Source: Lama glama (lineage: Eukaryota). Taken from it: a stretch of DNA of 64,000 nucleotides. Location of the stretch: assembly GCA_028534125.1 (NCBI GenBank), contig CM052816.1, positions 68,078,001 through 68,142,000 on the forward strand, in the 5' to 3' direction. Under the pieces are notes generated by a model. That model was not told where the DNA came from and ran no database searches. It saw nothing but the letters and a program-made list of their open reading frames with translations. Shown here one piece after another: positions 63,441 through 64,000 of this stretch (positions within the stretch are counted from its first letter, which is position 1; every line of letters starts with the position of its first letter). The position numbers were made by a program, and so were the translations under genes.

Positions 63441-63610
63441 GAGGGCGAGTATAGCTCAGTGGTAGAGCACGTGCTTAACGTGCACAAGGTCCTGGGTTGA
63501 ATTCTCAGTACCTACATTAAAAAATAAATAAATAAATAAACCCAATCCCCCCCCACCAAATAAAAGTAAATAGCCATTTGTTAAAAAGAAAAAGAAAAGA
63601 AAAGGAAAAA
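63441..63610 (+). mobile_element. tRNA-derived SINE (camelid Vic-1-type)
   Basis: gagggcgagtatagctcagtggtagagcacgtgcttaacgtgcacaaggtcctgggttgaattctcagtacc, then (taaa)n, a C-run and an A-rich tail. Approximate TSD aacaaagtca / aaaaatgtca. Confidence 0.88.
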
Positions 63611-64000
63611 ATGTCAGTACTTCTATCAGTCTTTTTTACAAATCCACTTAAAACTTTTCTCCACAGAACTTATATAACCAATTTCATGTGAACTGAAAAG
63701 GGTTAGAAAGCCTACCTTTGTGCTCTCAAGTAATTTTACCAGAAATACCAAAATACCCAGAGGTGGTTTTTAAAAATAATACTTTAATCTCTGCTCAGTT
63801 AAAAAAAAATCAAACAAAAAAGATAAAGTTCTCAATATAACGTACTTTCATCCTGTAAGTGTTAATTGGCCTTAGGTATGTTTATGTTTATTTTTTTCCC
63901 ACTTGTCTATGGTGTTAAGAAATATCTTCTTTGCAAATAGTTTGTTCCATTTTAAGTTTGATAATCTATTTCCTTCTTTTTAGAATGACATACAAATTTC

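Noticed and set aside
63441..63515. tRNA gene (also at 36243)
   Set aside because: The A/B boxes are followed by a SINE body, A-rich tail and TSD, and the cloverleaf is degenerate.
1..64000. Prokaryotic-type systems (CRISPR arrays, operons, IS elements), CpG-island promoter, intact ERV, processed pseudogene
   Set aside because: The sequence is mammalian and CpG-depleted. I saw no spaced direct-repeat array, gag/pol/env remnant or recognisable mRNA-derived copy.

Overview
Mammalian, very probably camelid (alpaca/camel lineage), repeat-rich intergenic or deep-intronic DNA. The lineage call rests on two tRNA-derived Vic-1-type SINEs and young L1 3' ends. There is no CpG island, no recognisable known protein-coding gene, no genuine tRNA/rRNA and nothing prokaryotic. 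The window holds many L1 fragments of several ages, L2/MIR relics, MaLR (MLT1) solo LTRs with target-site duplications (TSDs), hAT-Charlie MITEs (MER20, MER33, MER5-like), microsatellites and two 500-N gaps, both at young L1 copies. Most notable: (1) three candidate minus-strand exons at 33.4-34.4 kb with phase-compatible splice sites and one frame open for about 140 codons, protein not recognised; (2) a ~190-bp segment from 44.8-45.0 kb copied into an old L1 2.2 kb upstream; (3) a twin-primed, 5'-inverted young L1 at 51.4-52.8 kb; (4) nested retrotransposon stacks; (5) a repeat-free CpG-retaining candidate enhancer near 27.8-28.2 kb. I found no convincing novel biological system. Repeat subfamily names are from memory of consensus sequences and need RepeatMasker/Dfam confirmation.
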